Assembly (NCBI RefSeq): GCF_006345805.1
Contig: NC_043002.1
Span: 63,426,001-63,490,000, forward strand
Length of the DNA stretch: 64,000 bases
Source: Octopus sinensis
Taxonomy: Eukaryota
Direction: 5' to 3'
Position 1 is the stretch's first letter. Each line of letters opens with the position of its first letter. A program made the position numbers and the translations under genes. Positions 1-14,076 of this stretch are shown here, in pieces. The notes under the pieces are model-generated. The model saw only the letters and a list, made by a program, of their open reading frames with translations, ran no database searches and was not told the DNA's origin.

Positions 1-561
1 TAGTAATATCTGGAATTTGAATAAAGAAGACAATAAGCGCATATCAGGTGTCATACAACATGAATTCATTTAGTTGTATAAACTTCATTTCCAGTCATTT
101 GAAAATATTTTAGTTCAAGTCCAGAACAAAAGGGTCATTTTTATAAGCACTAATAATTCTCACAAAATAACATGTCATGAAGAAAAGATTGCCTGATTGC
201 CAACAGAGAAGCAATCAGATTTGGACAGGGTTTGTTTGTTTTTTTTCAAGTCAGAGAATCATCACCGCCTATGCTCATCCGGATGTTCATAACATCAGAT
301 ATATAAAAAAGTGTGAAATTCATTCATTAGTAAATAAATTTAATTGTATGTAAAGGAGATAATAAAATGCCATAAAGCTCATCGTTGTCATTGGCTTAAT
401 TTTAACGCTACGATGTATAAAAGGCGTATTAAATAAAGCACCATTGGAACTCTTGGTCATACTGGATTAAGCGGCGCCTTTACAAATGCTAGAACTATAT
501 GTTTGTGTGTGCGACCCTGCGCTCATATATATGTATGCCTATTTCTGTGTGCATGCATATG

Positions 562-607
<46 letters not shown>

Positions 608-639
608 TGTATGTATATAGGTATGTATTTGGAATTTAC

Positions 640-720
640 AAAAACAGCAAAGCAAAAGACGAAGACGGGTGTGCAAACAACAGATTTATGAGTTTAACAC
701 TCGGGAAGTGAGAAAGTCTT
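640..720 (-). mobile_element. Truncated copy of the 14676-14856 repeat
   Basis: caaaagacgaagacgggtgtgcaaacaacagatt...gaaagtctttt aligns to 14696-14770. Confidence 0.5.
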
Positions 721-1421
721 TTATATATGTGTATGTTTGTTTGTATGCATGTATGTAAGTACATCTGTTTTGTATATATGTGTGTATGGCGAATAGACCT
801 GCTTTGTGTACGTGCAGGTAAGCAAGTGTATGAGTTTACCAGTGTGGGTGGCTACGAACGTGTGAAGAATGGAGTGTGATACCGAGACCATTAACGCATT
901 TGCCAACATAGATGATAACGTTATAATACAAATGCGAAGAGCATAAGGATTTGAGAATCTCAAAGGAGGCTCATGTTGCGATTGATAGTTCCGCAAATGA
1001 ACACATAAGTGCATATATACATACACACACATATATGCAAGCATGTATGAAGTGTATACACACTCACATACACACACATATATATATATATTTATACTTT
1101 TTTTCTTTTGTATTACTATCTTTCGTTTTTTTTTTTACTTACCCGTAAAAGTTCTTTCCCCATACATTTTTGTCATCTATTCAACGGCTCTCCGTCCCCT
1201 GTTACACATCTTGCCCTGCCTATTCCATTGTGCCTTTCTGCAGTGTTTATCTCTGTGTATGTGTGTCCAAGTATTTACTATGTGTGGTCCATGTGCATTT
1301 ATATGGATTTGTATATTACACTGTACCCTTGTCATGTAATTATTATATATTCTTGTCTTTAGTATGTATGTGCGAATTTTGTACAGTAGAATTTTGGAAA
1401 AAAGATACATTCATATGTGTG

Positions 1422-1458
<37 letters not shown>

Positions 1459-1949
1459 ATATATATATAATATATATATATATATATGTATGTATGTATG
1501 TATATATAAATGGACTTTATGTGTCACATATATAGTATTCGCGTTTTGTATTGTGCAATTAGATTCAATAAAGCAAGAGAAATCGTTTTGTGTTGCAACA
1601 GTTATTCTTTCAACGTCCTTGAATAGTTCGACAAATCCTAACATAAAATATAGTCATTTACACACATCTGTTGACATGTAACCTGCTTTTCAGTAGAATT
1701 TATGATGTCACGTCATTAATTATGAAACGGTTGGAACACACGTCTGTTTTATATGTGTGTATGTGTGTATGTCTGTGTGTATGAATGTATACAGCATATA
1801 TATATGTATACATACATTTATTTATGATTGTCTGTATGTGTATTTCGCCATTTTCTATTTGCATTTCGTCTGTTCACGTAGTAAATGATTCCCTTTTCCT
1901 TCAGACACTTAATGTATGATATACGCAGGGACAGTCTAATGTAATATAT

Positions 1950-2665
1950 TTTGTAACAGAATCTGAATAGTGAGTACTCTGAGTGGTGTACGTGCTCTGA
2001 ATATATTTACCACGATACCAATACCGTTCTTCTCATTGCTATTAATGCTGATACCTTGGATCGATACACTATTACATTAACTGCATGTAACTAATGTATT
2101 AGTCACATGCTATTCAGTGGACAGGAAGTGCCCTTTCCACCGTTGTATTCAGTAGCTTGATTTAATCTGTATTTAGTTTTGTCTGTACTTCTATTTCTTT
2201 GGATTCTGAACTGTTCGATGTTATCACTGGCGTTATTCCATTTATTTCTTTACTTCTTTATTTATTGTCGAATAACTTGAGTTTAACCTTTGATTGTTTA
2301 GAAAATGGTCTTTTTATCAACGTTAGAAATTTTCCTGCTTTTTCTGACACTACTTTCCTAATACTGTATAGAGTGAACCAGAATACATCCTTATTTGAGT
2401 TTTTATTGAAGACAACATATAATCAGTGCATTATTGAAGTATTGCGCAACGTAACTAAATGTGTGATTTTTTTGTTCTTGTTTTGTTTTTTGTCCTGTTT
2501 TTCATTTTGGCTTACCGGCGGTTACATCAGATATTGATTTGTGGAAGATGTTGGATATACATTTTTATAAATGGTATAGATAAAATTTCTATTATTATGA
2601 AGTATATTTTCGATGTCGTGTCTATACGGATGACATCTCCTTTTCACTTGGTAAAGAGTGACTAA
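1950..2665 (-). mobile_element. Degenerate Penelope-like RT/GIY-YIG remnant
   Basis: Minus-strand translations DVFWFTLYSIRKVVSEKAGKFLTLIKRPF (cf. PLE IIWFNPP...GKKFL.LIDKHF), CPLNS...VIVYRSKV, and YRHD (cf. YRDD); many stops. Confidence 0.6.
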
Positions 2666-2706
2666 TAAAACGCCTACGATAGACGATCAAATATTTCCTA
2701 AATTTT

Positions 2707-2882
2707 CGGCAGCAAGCCGGCTGCCTCGTTAGCACGCCGAGCAATACGATAAGCGCCATTTCGTCCTCTTTACGCTCTAAGTTCAAACGCCACCAAATCG
2801 TCTTTGCCTTTCATCGTTTGGGAATCGACAAAATAAGTACCAATAGAGTACTGGAATAGATGTCAACGATTATCTCACCCCC
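2707..2882 (+). mobile_element. tRNA-derived SINE family A, degenerate
   Basis: Aligns to the head GGCGGCGAGCTGGCAGAA...GAGTTCAAATTC of 8492-8725. Confidence 0.7.
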
Positions 2883-3064
2883 AACTCATGAAGTTTCTGA
2901 CTTTGAGTCATATTTTCCAATCAATATTTCCTAAATTTGTATAAACTATTGCCATTATTCATAATATAATTCACTATTTTTATTTCCTGTATGTACAAAA
3001 GGCGGGCATTCGGATTCATTTCATATCCCCGTGGTAACGCTCAGTGTTTCATAAAAGTTTGATT

Positions 3065-3245
3065 TTACAACTCTATATTTAAGAGATGAGGAATTATCTA
3101 CATTATTTACATTTGATGGGTATTTTTACTCATCTTGTTTGTTGTTAATACAACGTTTCGGCTGATATACCCACGGGCATATGGCGTAGTGCTTAAGAGC
3201 GCGGGCTACTAACCTCAAGATTCCGAGTTTGATTACTGGCAGTGA

Positions 3246-3294
<49 letters not shown>

Positions 3295-3296
3295 TA

Positions 3297-3336
<40 letters not shown>

Positions 3337-3482
3337 TGAAAAATCCGTTAGGAATGAGAACCCAAGTTCGATATTTCCCCAAGATACCTGATGAAGGCTG
3401 GAGGGTATATCAACCGAAACGTTGTGTTAACAAAAAACAAGATGAAGCCAAATATCCGTCGAATGTAAGTAATGTAAATAAT
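3065..3482 (+). mobile_element. Composite element: inverted tail copy + tRNA-like head + (AAT)n/(ATT)n + Penelope-type hammerhead tail
   Basis: 3093-3172 is the reverse complement of 3403-3482. Head 3173-3250 has A-box-like TGGCGTAGTG and B-box-like GAGTTTGATT. Tail carries CTGATGA...GAAACGTT. Confidence 0.7.
3383..3428 (+). ncRNA. Minimal PLE-type hammerhead motif (one stem II mismatch)
   Basis: GATAC-CTGATGA-A-GGCTG(10 nt)CAACC-GAAACGTT|GTGTT. The upstream inverted copy retains the matched CAGCC arm. Confidence 0.55.
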
Positions 3483-4281
3483 TTTGTTTTTAAGCCTGGA
3501 TTTGGCTGAGAACTGATAACATTATAGAAACTGTCATGCATTTTGTTTTGCTTTCGTTTTGTATTTAATTCCATTTTCATTTCTTTCTTTTCCTGCTTGA
3601 ATGTGGTGTATAATTTAAGAAGAAACTATATAAATTTAGTTTTAGTTCTTTGTTATAATGTTAAACCGCAATTACTCTGTTATTCTTTCATACAGAATTT
3701 TCATAGGGGATTACATTTACAGAACAATTGAGTAGAATGTATATTTCCTCGTTCTGCTACTAGAATTTTGGAGAACTAAACTAAATACTAAACATGTGAC
3801 ATGAAAATTTCAGTGTGGTAATTCAGGGTTACATAGAACAAAGGCTAGACGAAAGGTCCTCCATCACAACGTGCACTGGACATGTTTATAGATGAAACAA
3901 ATCTCATATGTATGCAGAGGCACTCGCACACGATGAAGATTTCTACAAAAGAAATACAATTACTGCAGGGTTTCACGTATGCTTTGAAGTGAGAAGAGGA
4001 AGCTGTGATCAAGTGACATAGAATTTAATAAGCTGTTAAGATACAGAGATTCCTTCTCAAAATGTTTAAAATGTAATCACATAAAAATGCGAAGGAAACC
4101 TCAATAACGTGTGCTAATTGAAATCAATCAATTAATCATGATTTCACTTAACATATTCCATTCTCCAATTCAAACACAAACTACTTTTACATTTCATGTC
4201 CTAATACATCTCTTGCTGTGGCTGTATTTATGCATATATACATATACATATATATATATACATATACATATATATATATAT

Positions 4282-4348
<67 letters not shown>

Positions 4349-4427
4349 CATATATATGTGTGTATGTGTGTGTGTATTCTCTTTTCCCAAAACCAAGGAC
4401 TGTTCAACAGCATCTCGCATATGCGTG

Positions 4428-4459
<32 letters not shown>

Positions 4460-5287
4460 ATGCAATGCCTTCTACATGTATTAGGAGGTCAAATGTTTAC
4501 GAGGAATGCTGTGCGGAGAGGAACAGCCGATTTTGTCCACAAAATATGTGTGGTGCTCGTTTTATGGCCTGTGGAATGATTAATGATTGGCATCGACCAA
4601 GGTATGATGTTAGAGAGCCAACGAATACACGGCAAGATATTTTATCTGATGCTCTACGATTCTCAAAGTTCTACCATATTAGAAATTTCGTTTCACTATA
4701 ACGCACATAAATAAGCAAAAATACTAATGGACGTCTTTAAAAGTGAAAACACACACACACACAAAGGAAAGAAAAAAATTGCAAAACAATAAGACACGAA
4801 CCCCCCCCCCCCAAAAAAAAAAGTAACACTAAATATACTCTTAATAATTTCTAAAAGCTATCACAATAAACAAACAAAAACCCGTTTGTTTCCAACCTTC
4901 TATATTTCTTCACGAGATTCCTCTCCGCCAGTAACACCGTCGTCTATTTTGAATCTAAACAAACCAGTAAAACAGTAACTTAGTGTGATTATGAAAAAAA
5001 GCCAACTCAGCTACAGTACAACACCGCAGAACAATAGTATGTTATGATAGCAAGAAAGACAAATAAAACTTTCGTTTGAAGATGAGAAACAAAACAATTT
5101 AAACAAACAATTACAACCACAACAACCTACCTTGTATTATACAAAACAAGAATCTAACACACATTTAATTGATTGTATTACTAAACTCTGATTTCGTTTC
5201 GTCTTTCTTTTTTTCTTTCTCCTCTTACAACCTACTCGTTTATTCTTCTCCCTTTTCTATATCTGATTTTCTCTTTCACACAATGCA

Positions 5288-5429
<142 letters not shown>

Positions 5430-5500
5430 AATGTATATATATATATATATATATATATGCCTAAGTATGTATGCATATAAATGTATGTATATATATATAT

Positions 5501-5541
<41 letters not shown>

Positions 5542-5595
5542 GTGTGTGTGTATTTGTGAAATAGAGAGTGAAGCAGACAGACTAAGGTGTATATG

Positions 5596-5636
<41 letters not shown>

Positions 5637-7138
5637 TTCACTCTCTGTGTATGTATGTGTGTTCGTGCTTACACATACACACTCTCACACATATATATAT
5701 ATATACATAGACATATAAGTTTGTTTCTGTATGTATGTATGTATTTATATTCCACTCTTTTATAATTTACTCACGCTTTCTCCTCCAGTTCTCTCCCCCC
5801 TCTCTCTCTCTTTCTCTTCGTATCTGACTCTGTCGCTCTTTTCGAGCTTTTGTTTCATCTCTTCATTATCGTTTCCCTTATCAACACGTTTCAATTGATT
5901 TGCAATGAATGGCGGCAATAAAATGTGCACTGAGCTTTTATGTTAATACCCTGCATGTCTGCACATGTTGTTGAAATGCATCCAATGTATACATACCCCA
6001 CACAATGTTAGTTAAATCAATATACACCTGTCTACCTGCTTGCTGACTGTTTTTTTCGCCTTACATTAATTTTTCATGATTCAGCATAGAGACCATCACT
6101 TGATTTATATTAAAGTTAACTTTTTGTTATTTTGTGATCAATTATAGTATTATTTATATTTTTTCAAACATGAATAAAATATAATAAAGAATATAATAAT
6201 AATATACAATTCATACATTCGATTTTATTTGCCTAGGAAGCCATATTGGATGCCATGCGAAGCGCATGCAGAGAAGCACAAATGCGTGCAAACTTTTAAA
6301 CGAACATAATTATGCGTTACAAACACAATCTCTGCAAAGCATACACACACACACACACACGCACACACACACACACATAAACACAGTCATATGCATGTTT
6401 GAACATGCATAATATGTATATGTATATGTATATGTATGTATATGTATGCATGTACGTTTTTGTGTGCATGTGTGTGTGTGTGTTTGTATATGTGCGTGTG
6501 CGCATGTCTATGTATGTACAAGCGTTCATGTATGAACTTGTGTGTGTGATTGCACATTCACTACACTTCTAATTAGAAAATAAAAATCTATGTAAGATTT
6601 TTTAAAGATCTTCAAACAATCAACACGTAATTCCGATAAATCTCTCGGAATATAAAACCAATGCCATCAGGATCGCGACTTATTTGGTTTTAATACCATC
6701 TGCTGAGAGCAGCGGGCTTGTCTCGATCTTATTTTGATCTCCACAGGGAGATATATTAACTTCAGTTGCATCGTGTTAATTTATATGAACGGATATGAAT
6801 ATATATATATATATATAGGTAGATATTTATATATTTCGTTTTTGGATTTGACTTGCAACGGTGTGTTAAATTACAAGACACTAAAAAAAATGACTCTCCA
6901 CAGACACAATAGAATATATATATATGTGTGTGTGAATGTGTGTGTGTCTATGCATATATATATGTGTGTGTGTGTGTGTGTATACGGTTACGTAACAGGT
7001 TTGTAATTCATACTGAGATATACAGATATATTATAAGGTAGACATCACAACTGTTGTGACTCTAATAAACCATAATAGTTCGTCCTAAATCTAACTTCAT
7101 TTTTTAATAAGCACAAACACCCAGATCTCTTAATATTG

Positions 7139-7308
7139 ATTTCAAAATTTGGCGCAAGACCAGTAGTTTCTGAAAAGGGTTAAATCTATTACATCAACTC
7201 CAATATTCAACTGGTACAGAATTTAACGATCTTGAAAGGATGTAAGGTAAAGTCGAACAAAATGCTGCTAAGCTCGATTGCTCAACGATTCTACCACGTC
7301 GCCGCCTT
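7139..7308 (-). mobile_element. SINE family A, internally deleted
   Basis: Reverse complement of the family A head and body. Confidence 0.7.
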
Positions 7309-7336
7309 CAGATGTCTTAATATTGTTAGACATTTG

Positions 7337-7555
7337 AAGGCGGTGAGCTAGCAGCATCATTAGCACACCAGGCGAAATGCTTATCGCTATTTCGTCTGTC
7401 ATTACGTTCTGAGTTCAAATTCCGTCACGGTCGACTTTGCCTTTCTTCCTTTCGGAGGTCGATAAATTAAATACCAGTTGCGTACTGGAGTCGATCTAAT
7501 CGACTGACCTCCCTCTACCAAAATTTCGGGTTTTGTGCCTAGAGTAGAAAAGGAT
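7337..7555 (+). mobile_element. SINE family A
   Basis: gaaggcggtgagctagcag...gagttcaaattcc...gtcgactttgcc...agagtagaaaag. Confidence 0.9.
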
Positions 7556-7573
7556 ATTGTTAGATACTTAGTA

Positions 7574-7790
7574 AAGATAGCAAGCTGACAGAAATGTTAG
7601 TACGCAGCAGGAAGTATTTAGCGGTATTACTTCCGACTTAATATTCTGAGTTCAAATTCTGTTGTCGACAATACCTATCATGATTTCAAGATCTATAAAA
7701 TAAGTGCCAGTGAACCACTGGGGCAATGTAATCAAGTAATTCTTACCAGCAAAATTTCAGATCTTGTACCTAATGGTCAAGGTATTATTA
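7574..7790 (+). mobile_element. SINE family A, degenerate
   Basis: Retains ttctgagttcaaattc and taagtgccagt. Confidence 0.65.
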
Positions 7791-8043
7791 TATCTATGCG
7801 TGGCACTTCTCTTGGTTTCAAACTCATAGTATAAGATGGAGATATAGATTATATCTGATAACTACAGCAGATGTATCGAAAACAATGGTTTTTAGCAAAA
7901 ATGTAGTACATACACCCTTGCAGCAGTCACCAACTACGATTTTGCATCACCACTGCTTGAAGTCTACCCCCAACCATCGATTATAAGAAAATGCCATAGG
8001 ACCTGTTGGAGTACACATCTCTACTGATATCTAGAAACATAGT

Positions 8044-8275
8044 AAGATCGGAAGCTAGTAGAAACGTTAGAACACCGGACGAATTGCTTAGCCACATTTC
8101 GTCTGCCTTTACGGTCAGTGTTCAAAATTCTGCCGAGGTCGACTTTGCCTTTAATCCTTTCGGAGTCGATAAATTAAGTACCAGTTACGCACTGGGGTCG
8201 ATGTAATCGACTTAATCCCTTTGTCTATCCTTGTTTGTGGGAAATAAAGCCTCTTGTGGGAAATAAAGAAATAAG
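8044..8275 (+). mobile_element. SINE family A (cttgtggg...aaagaaata tail variant)
   Basis: Colinear with 8492-8725. Confidence 0.88.
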
Positions 8276-8473
8276 GAACGTTAGCATGCCAGACGAAATG
8301 CTTAGCTGTATTTCGTCTGTCCTTACGTTCTGAGTTCAAATTCTGCCGAGGTCGACTTTATCTTTCATCCTTTCGGGATCGATAATTCAAGTGGAAGTTG
8401 CGTACTGGGGTCGATCTAATCGACTGACACCTTCCCAAAATTTTCGGGCCTTGTGACTAGAGTAGAACAAAAT
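8276..8473 (+). mobile_element. SINE family A lacking the first ~17 nt, abutting the previous copy
   Basis: Starts at gaacgttagcatgcc; tail matches 7337-7555. Confidence 0.88.
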
Positions 8474-8491
8474 ATTTATGCATTTACTTTT

Positions 8492-8725
8492 AAGGCGGCG
8501 AGCTGGCAGAAACTTTAGCACGCCAGGCGAATTGTTTAGCGGGATTTCGTTTGCGGCTACGTTCTGAGTTCAAATTCTGCCGAGGTCGACTTTGCCTTTC
8601 ATCCTTTCGGGGTCGATTAAATGAGTACCAGTTACGCACTAGGGTCGATATAATCGACTTAATCCGTATGTCTGTCCTTGTTTGTCCTCTCTGTGTTTAG
8701 CCTCTTGTGGGTAGTAAAGAAATAG
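8492..8725 (+). mobile_element. SINE family A, full length
   Basis: aaggcggcgagctggcagaaactttagcacgcc...gggtagtaaagaaatag. Confidence 0.92.
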
Positions 8726-9653
8726 TTATACATTAATTATTCCTTAATTTGATCATATTTTCATTACTCATTTAAATACTCTAGCAGTAGAGCCTCAAGG
8801 ATAATGGTGAAGCTCTCAACCTCAAGCTTACTGATATCTAAACTACTGACGATTTCTTGTATTATTTCAGTACTTTGGCTTTCGAATCCCCCATTAGTAA
8901 CAGTTTGTCCGTGCGACATCTGTTGCAGGACGTGATATTATTTATATAAATCATCGTAGTCTTCATAAGTATTTTCGTCATACAGATTTTTTCATATGAA
9001 TACTTAGAGTAATATCTTTCAGCCAGTGAATTGAAATGTTGCGATCCAAATACTTTCAGTCTCAAAGAAAATATGGTCGACTCTAAGCGCTTTCAATAAA
9101 AACCTTGTGAGTTTGAAAACATGTACAACTTGGCACTTCCCAACATCCAGCAACTTAAACATTTTAAATACAATGGGTTTGACACAATGTGAATTTTCTG
9201 GGAGCAATTTCCTATCGAAGAAATAGCAGAGAATCTGTTGGAGTTTACATCCTTACTGATAGCTGGAAACAGTCGATTTAGCCTTTCTGACAGAGCTCAA
9301 AAACACTTTAATTAAACATGGCAGGTCGGTTAGGGCACTCGAAAATGGAATGATGCTACATTCTTATAGTCAGCATGAAGGAGGAAAATGAGTATCTGTA
9401 GACAATCGAGGAATCTTATTTGTATATACAGCCAGTAACTCATTTACCCTTTAACGTCCAACTGACACTTTAAATGCAGAATACAATAACATAATTATTA
9501 CTGATGTAGTCACAAGGGAAACAAATGGTTAGGAAAAGAAGCAGACGAAAATATCGATACTGCTGCCTCAGTGATTTATCGAACTCGGCAATATGAATAG
9601 CAAATTGAACCTCAGATTCTACAAATATGTAGATACTACAAGAAACCGTGTGC

Positions 9654-9946
9654 AGGCACATAACCTAGTGGCTGGAGCAGCGAACTCGCGATCGAGGGAT
9701 TGCGGCGTCGAATCTCAGACCGGGCGATGTGTGTGTTTATGAGCGAAGCACCTAAGCTCCACGCGGCCCCGGTAGAAGGTAATGGTGAACTTCTGCTGAC
9801 TCTTTCACCACAAATTTCTCTCACTCTTTTCTCCTGCATCTGGCAGCTCCGCTGCGACGGACCGACTGGGTGGGGAACCTATACACCAATATACCGGGAA
9901 ACCGGCCCTCATGAGCCAGGCGTGGCTTGAGAAGGAACAAACTACA
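9654..9946 (+). mobile_element. tRNA-derived SINE family C
   Basis: Head cctagtggctggagcagcgaactcgcg...gtcgaatctc; ends gaaggaacaaac. Confidence 0.88.
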
Positions 9947-10800
9947 GGCAACTGTGCTACATATTTTCAGAGATTTTGTTAATATAGCACCTTTATGAAT
10001 GAGTAAAATGCTCGCTTTCATAAAATATATATTTAGTGGACATGTTAGTCTGCTTTCGATAATTCCAGAAATACGTCGACGAAGAAGGCTCCAAGAGCCT
10101 GAAATATGTTGACGTAGCTAAATCAAAATGAAAATAGATTGGTTGATGAAATATGGTTATTAGAGGCATTTGGCACTGTAGTAGAAGATATCACGATTTC
10201 GGGGTCATGTTGAACATATTTTTACACTTATGATTGTTAAACATGGATATGTATTGTCAACTGTGCTACTAGCCATCTGCTCGCATTAGTACAAAAAATG
10301 TCCTCCCATGATCGTGCGGAGGGAAGTAATGAGCAGCCTCAGAAACTTTCAGGTCTCAACAATAATTACAATTTTTTATCGAAAAAGACAAAATGAAAAA
10401 AAAATTAACGAAAAATTAACTTCTTCCTTTTACGAGAAGTTTCCTAAAGAGATCAGGGTAACCGCGTCCCGTAAACTACATAGCACATAACAAGGAACGT
10501 GAATTTATTCGCCAATCACAAGAGAACATTATCTGAAGATAAACACTGGAAAGACAGAAATGTAATTGACAATCAAACTCTAGCTCAAACTATGGAGACC
10601 AAAGTTGGTAAAATACACGTGGAGATGGTACACCTGAAATAACACAATATGATGTTGTATTCACACTGTGTTATGGAGAGGCTGATAACATCCAGCATGC
10701 CACTGATACGATTGTGTCTACAGCTACGTGATTACAGTCTTGTCTGTACCACTTGCTATATTGTGCATAAACCTGGCAATTGAATAGATATCAAAATGTT

Positions 10801-11094
10801 TCTTTGTTCCTTCTAAAGCCACGCCTAGCTCATAAGAGCCGGTTTCCCGGTTTCCTTGGCGTATATGTTCCCCACTTGGACTGGACGCCGGTCTGTCGCA
10901 GCGGAGCTGCAAGATGCAGGAAGAAGGAGTGAGAGAAATTTGTGGTGAAAGAGTCAGCAGAAGTTCACCATTACCCTCTTCCGGAGCCACGTGGAGTTTA
11001 AGTGTTTCGCTCATAAACACACACATCGCCCGGTCTGAGATTCGAACCCGCGATCCCTCGACCGCGAGTCCACTGCTCTAACCACTAGGCCATG
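10801..11094 (-). mobile_element. tRNA-derived SINE family C, inverted relative to 9654-9946
   Basis: Minus strand catggcctagtggttagagcagtggactcgcggtcgagggatcgcgggttcgaatc (A and B boxes). Confidence 0.92.
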
Positions 11095-12161
11095 ATATCA
11101 AGATAAGTAACTTCAATTATTTACATTGAATATTTAAATATCATTGAGGGATCTGATTCCCCTCGATGGTATACTAGGGGAGGTTGGTAAATATGGAAAA
11201 ACAGCATCAAAATTTTAAAATATATATTGAACAGATGTTAATAATTGGGAATTATAGAAAAGCTTGCGCAAGTACGCGGTTTATTGACAAACTGTGTAAA
11301 TGATAAAATCGGGTTTTGATCATAGATATATGAGTGATAAATCGGAATATCTGTAAAACAGCGACAGAGCATTTACTTCTATTCAGGAACAGTTTTATAA
11401 ATCCCTAAGAAAAGTGAGCCAGGTAGGATAGTAATGATATTGTTGTTTCAAATGATGAATAAGAAAAGTTCTTATATTGAATAAATGCAGTTGTTTTTAA
11501 ATGCAAAAAGAAAAAGATAGAATAGAATGAAAAGATGCTAAGCAACAGCTGAAACACTTTTCATCTTGTGTCATTTTAGACAAGGCTGACCCAGGACTGA
11601 AAGATAACCCCATAGCAAACATAATCGGCAATATAGAATAAAACTGAAAATTTGCATCTTGCCGGGATTAATATACACTAAAACATCAGACAGATTTTGA
11701 AAGGAAATATAAATATTTTTACAATATTATGTACGTGATATCGACATAGAAGTGATGACTATTTCTTCCAAATTTATCACTGCGTTATTCAGTAAAATAT
11801 AGTGGCTTTTAATACGTACGTAGATATTTATATTTTTATAATTCTTCATGTAGCAATAACATTCAGACTGTCACATCCATAACAGTTCTCTTATTATCTA
11901 GTTAAGTTTCTAGACATTTTCGTTTTGTTTTCCCAGCTTTATAAACTAAAAATTTCTTTCTTCTTTTGCTATAAATTATATTAGATTTTGTGAGACGTAC
12001 AAAGACAACAGGCACACAAGCATACATAGTGGCCCACACAACTTTGTCCATTTTCTGACATCACGTTAATAAACGTTAATAATAATAATAATATATGTAT
12101 GCATATATATATATTTGTATATATATATGTGTGTATATATATATATATGTGTGTGTATATG

Positions 12162-12192
<31 letters not shown>

Positions 12193-12203
12193 GTACGTAT
12201 ATG

Positions 12204-12234
<31 letters not shown>

Positions 12235-12244
12235 TATATATATA

Positions 12245-12275
<31 letters not shown>

Positions 12276-12469
12276 AGTTTCGTGTGAGTATTTCTGTGTA
12301 GGAATGTAAGGATGTACGTATTCCTATAAATGTGTTTGTCTTTGACGTCATACAATTTATATATACGTCTTTTGATTTTCTGTTATCTCGGGTAAATAAT
12401 GCTTGAAAGCAAAAAAAAAGCATGACAATAAAATAAATAAACAAATAAATAAATAAAGAAGTTAGTAGA

Positions 12470-12504
<35 letters not shown>

Positions 12505-12698
12505 CAATGGCAATTATCTAAAATGAAATAAATTTCAAAACAATAACATATCGTAGCATCTCATAGGGAAACATATTATTTCGGTGCGCACACATACAAA
12601 CGCCAGAAATACAGGCACAGACATGGCGTTAAACAGACACACACATTCACGCGTAGGAAACCCACGCAGACATAGATATTACAAACACACACACACAC

Positions 12699-12753
<55 letters not shown>

Positions 12754-14076
12754 TTTATATACATACACATATATTTATGTATGCATATATATATATATAT
12801 ATAATATATATATATATATATAATATATATATATATATGTATATATATATGAATGTTTGTATGTGCGTATGTGCGTGTGTCTACCTATAACTTTATCAAC
12901 GACCAATAAACAAGAACACGTAAAGAAATCGAGAAATGAAGCAGAAAACAGAAAGAAACAGAAAATCAATAATGGCAAGGAAGATGAAGGAACTACCAAC
13001 AAGTAAAGAACTATTCTATTAAGATTTTGACTTATATTAACAATTAATCTACATTCAAACCGGAAATAGGAAAAAAAAAGTTAGAAGCCTAAATAGTGGT
13101 AATTGAAGTGTTTATGTGTGTATTTATATATTTATATTGTTATTTATTCTTATTTTTTTTTATATCATGTTATTTAAAAAGAGGCGAAAATAGTCAGTTA
13201 TTGGGTTATAACGTTTCGTAATATATATTTACACTGATATAACGAGATGTGTTCATATATTTCGTGTTGACACATATGTGCGTGCGTGTGTGCATGTGTG
13301 TGTGCGTGCATATGTGTGTGTGCGTGTGTGTTCATGCATAAACATATATTTCCACGCACTCATAAACACAGACACACGCGCACACATATATATTCATGTG
13401 TGTTTATATATGGTAGTGTTCTCTAATGCCTATTACTTCAGTCTCATGCTGATTACGCGATCATAATTTGGTAAATGTCTTGGAAATATAACGAAAAGAA
13501 TATCTTTCAGTTTTGGATGATTGTCAATGTGTCTTATAATTATTGCTTGTCCGCTGTTTCAAGAACTGTGCATTTAGTTCCTTATATGTTAATTGGAACT
13601 CATTTTTGCAATATTGTTTTTCAGATAATATTTACTCTTCTGCCGACATTTGACACTCTACTCTGTTTTTCCGTTTGTAGAGACTACATGCTTGTTTATT
13701 ATATTAATTTGCAAGTTCATGTAAAGTTGGCTTTCTATATTATATATGTAGCTTACATAACACATACGTTTGATATATTCTCACCGAAATGATCCTTAAA
13801 GTTTGTGTGTATGTCTTGATTAAGCTTTGCTTTTCCTCATAATTCAGTGAGCTTGCATGTTTATATTCCGATTTAACTTATTTTTCTCACAAACTGTTTT
13901 ATTTCATGTATAATCTGAGTGATTGATGATTTGTCCTCCTTAATTTTGCATACTCATTCGGAATAGATGGATCTGACATGTTTAATCATAAATACTTTGC
14001 ATACATCATTCATGTATCTGCAATTAATGGTTATTAGCTTTAATGAAACTCCTTTTCTTAATTACGCTTGAGTGTC

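Noticed and set aside
4460-4701. Cys-containing ORF tail after a microsatellite
   Set aside because: No recognisable domain, start codon or splice signals.
10974-11094. tRNA genes at SINE heads (also 3173, 40600, 47791, 55735)
   Set aside because: A/B boxes are present but run into SINE bodies without a complete acceptor stem.
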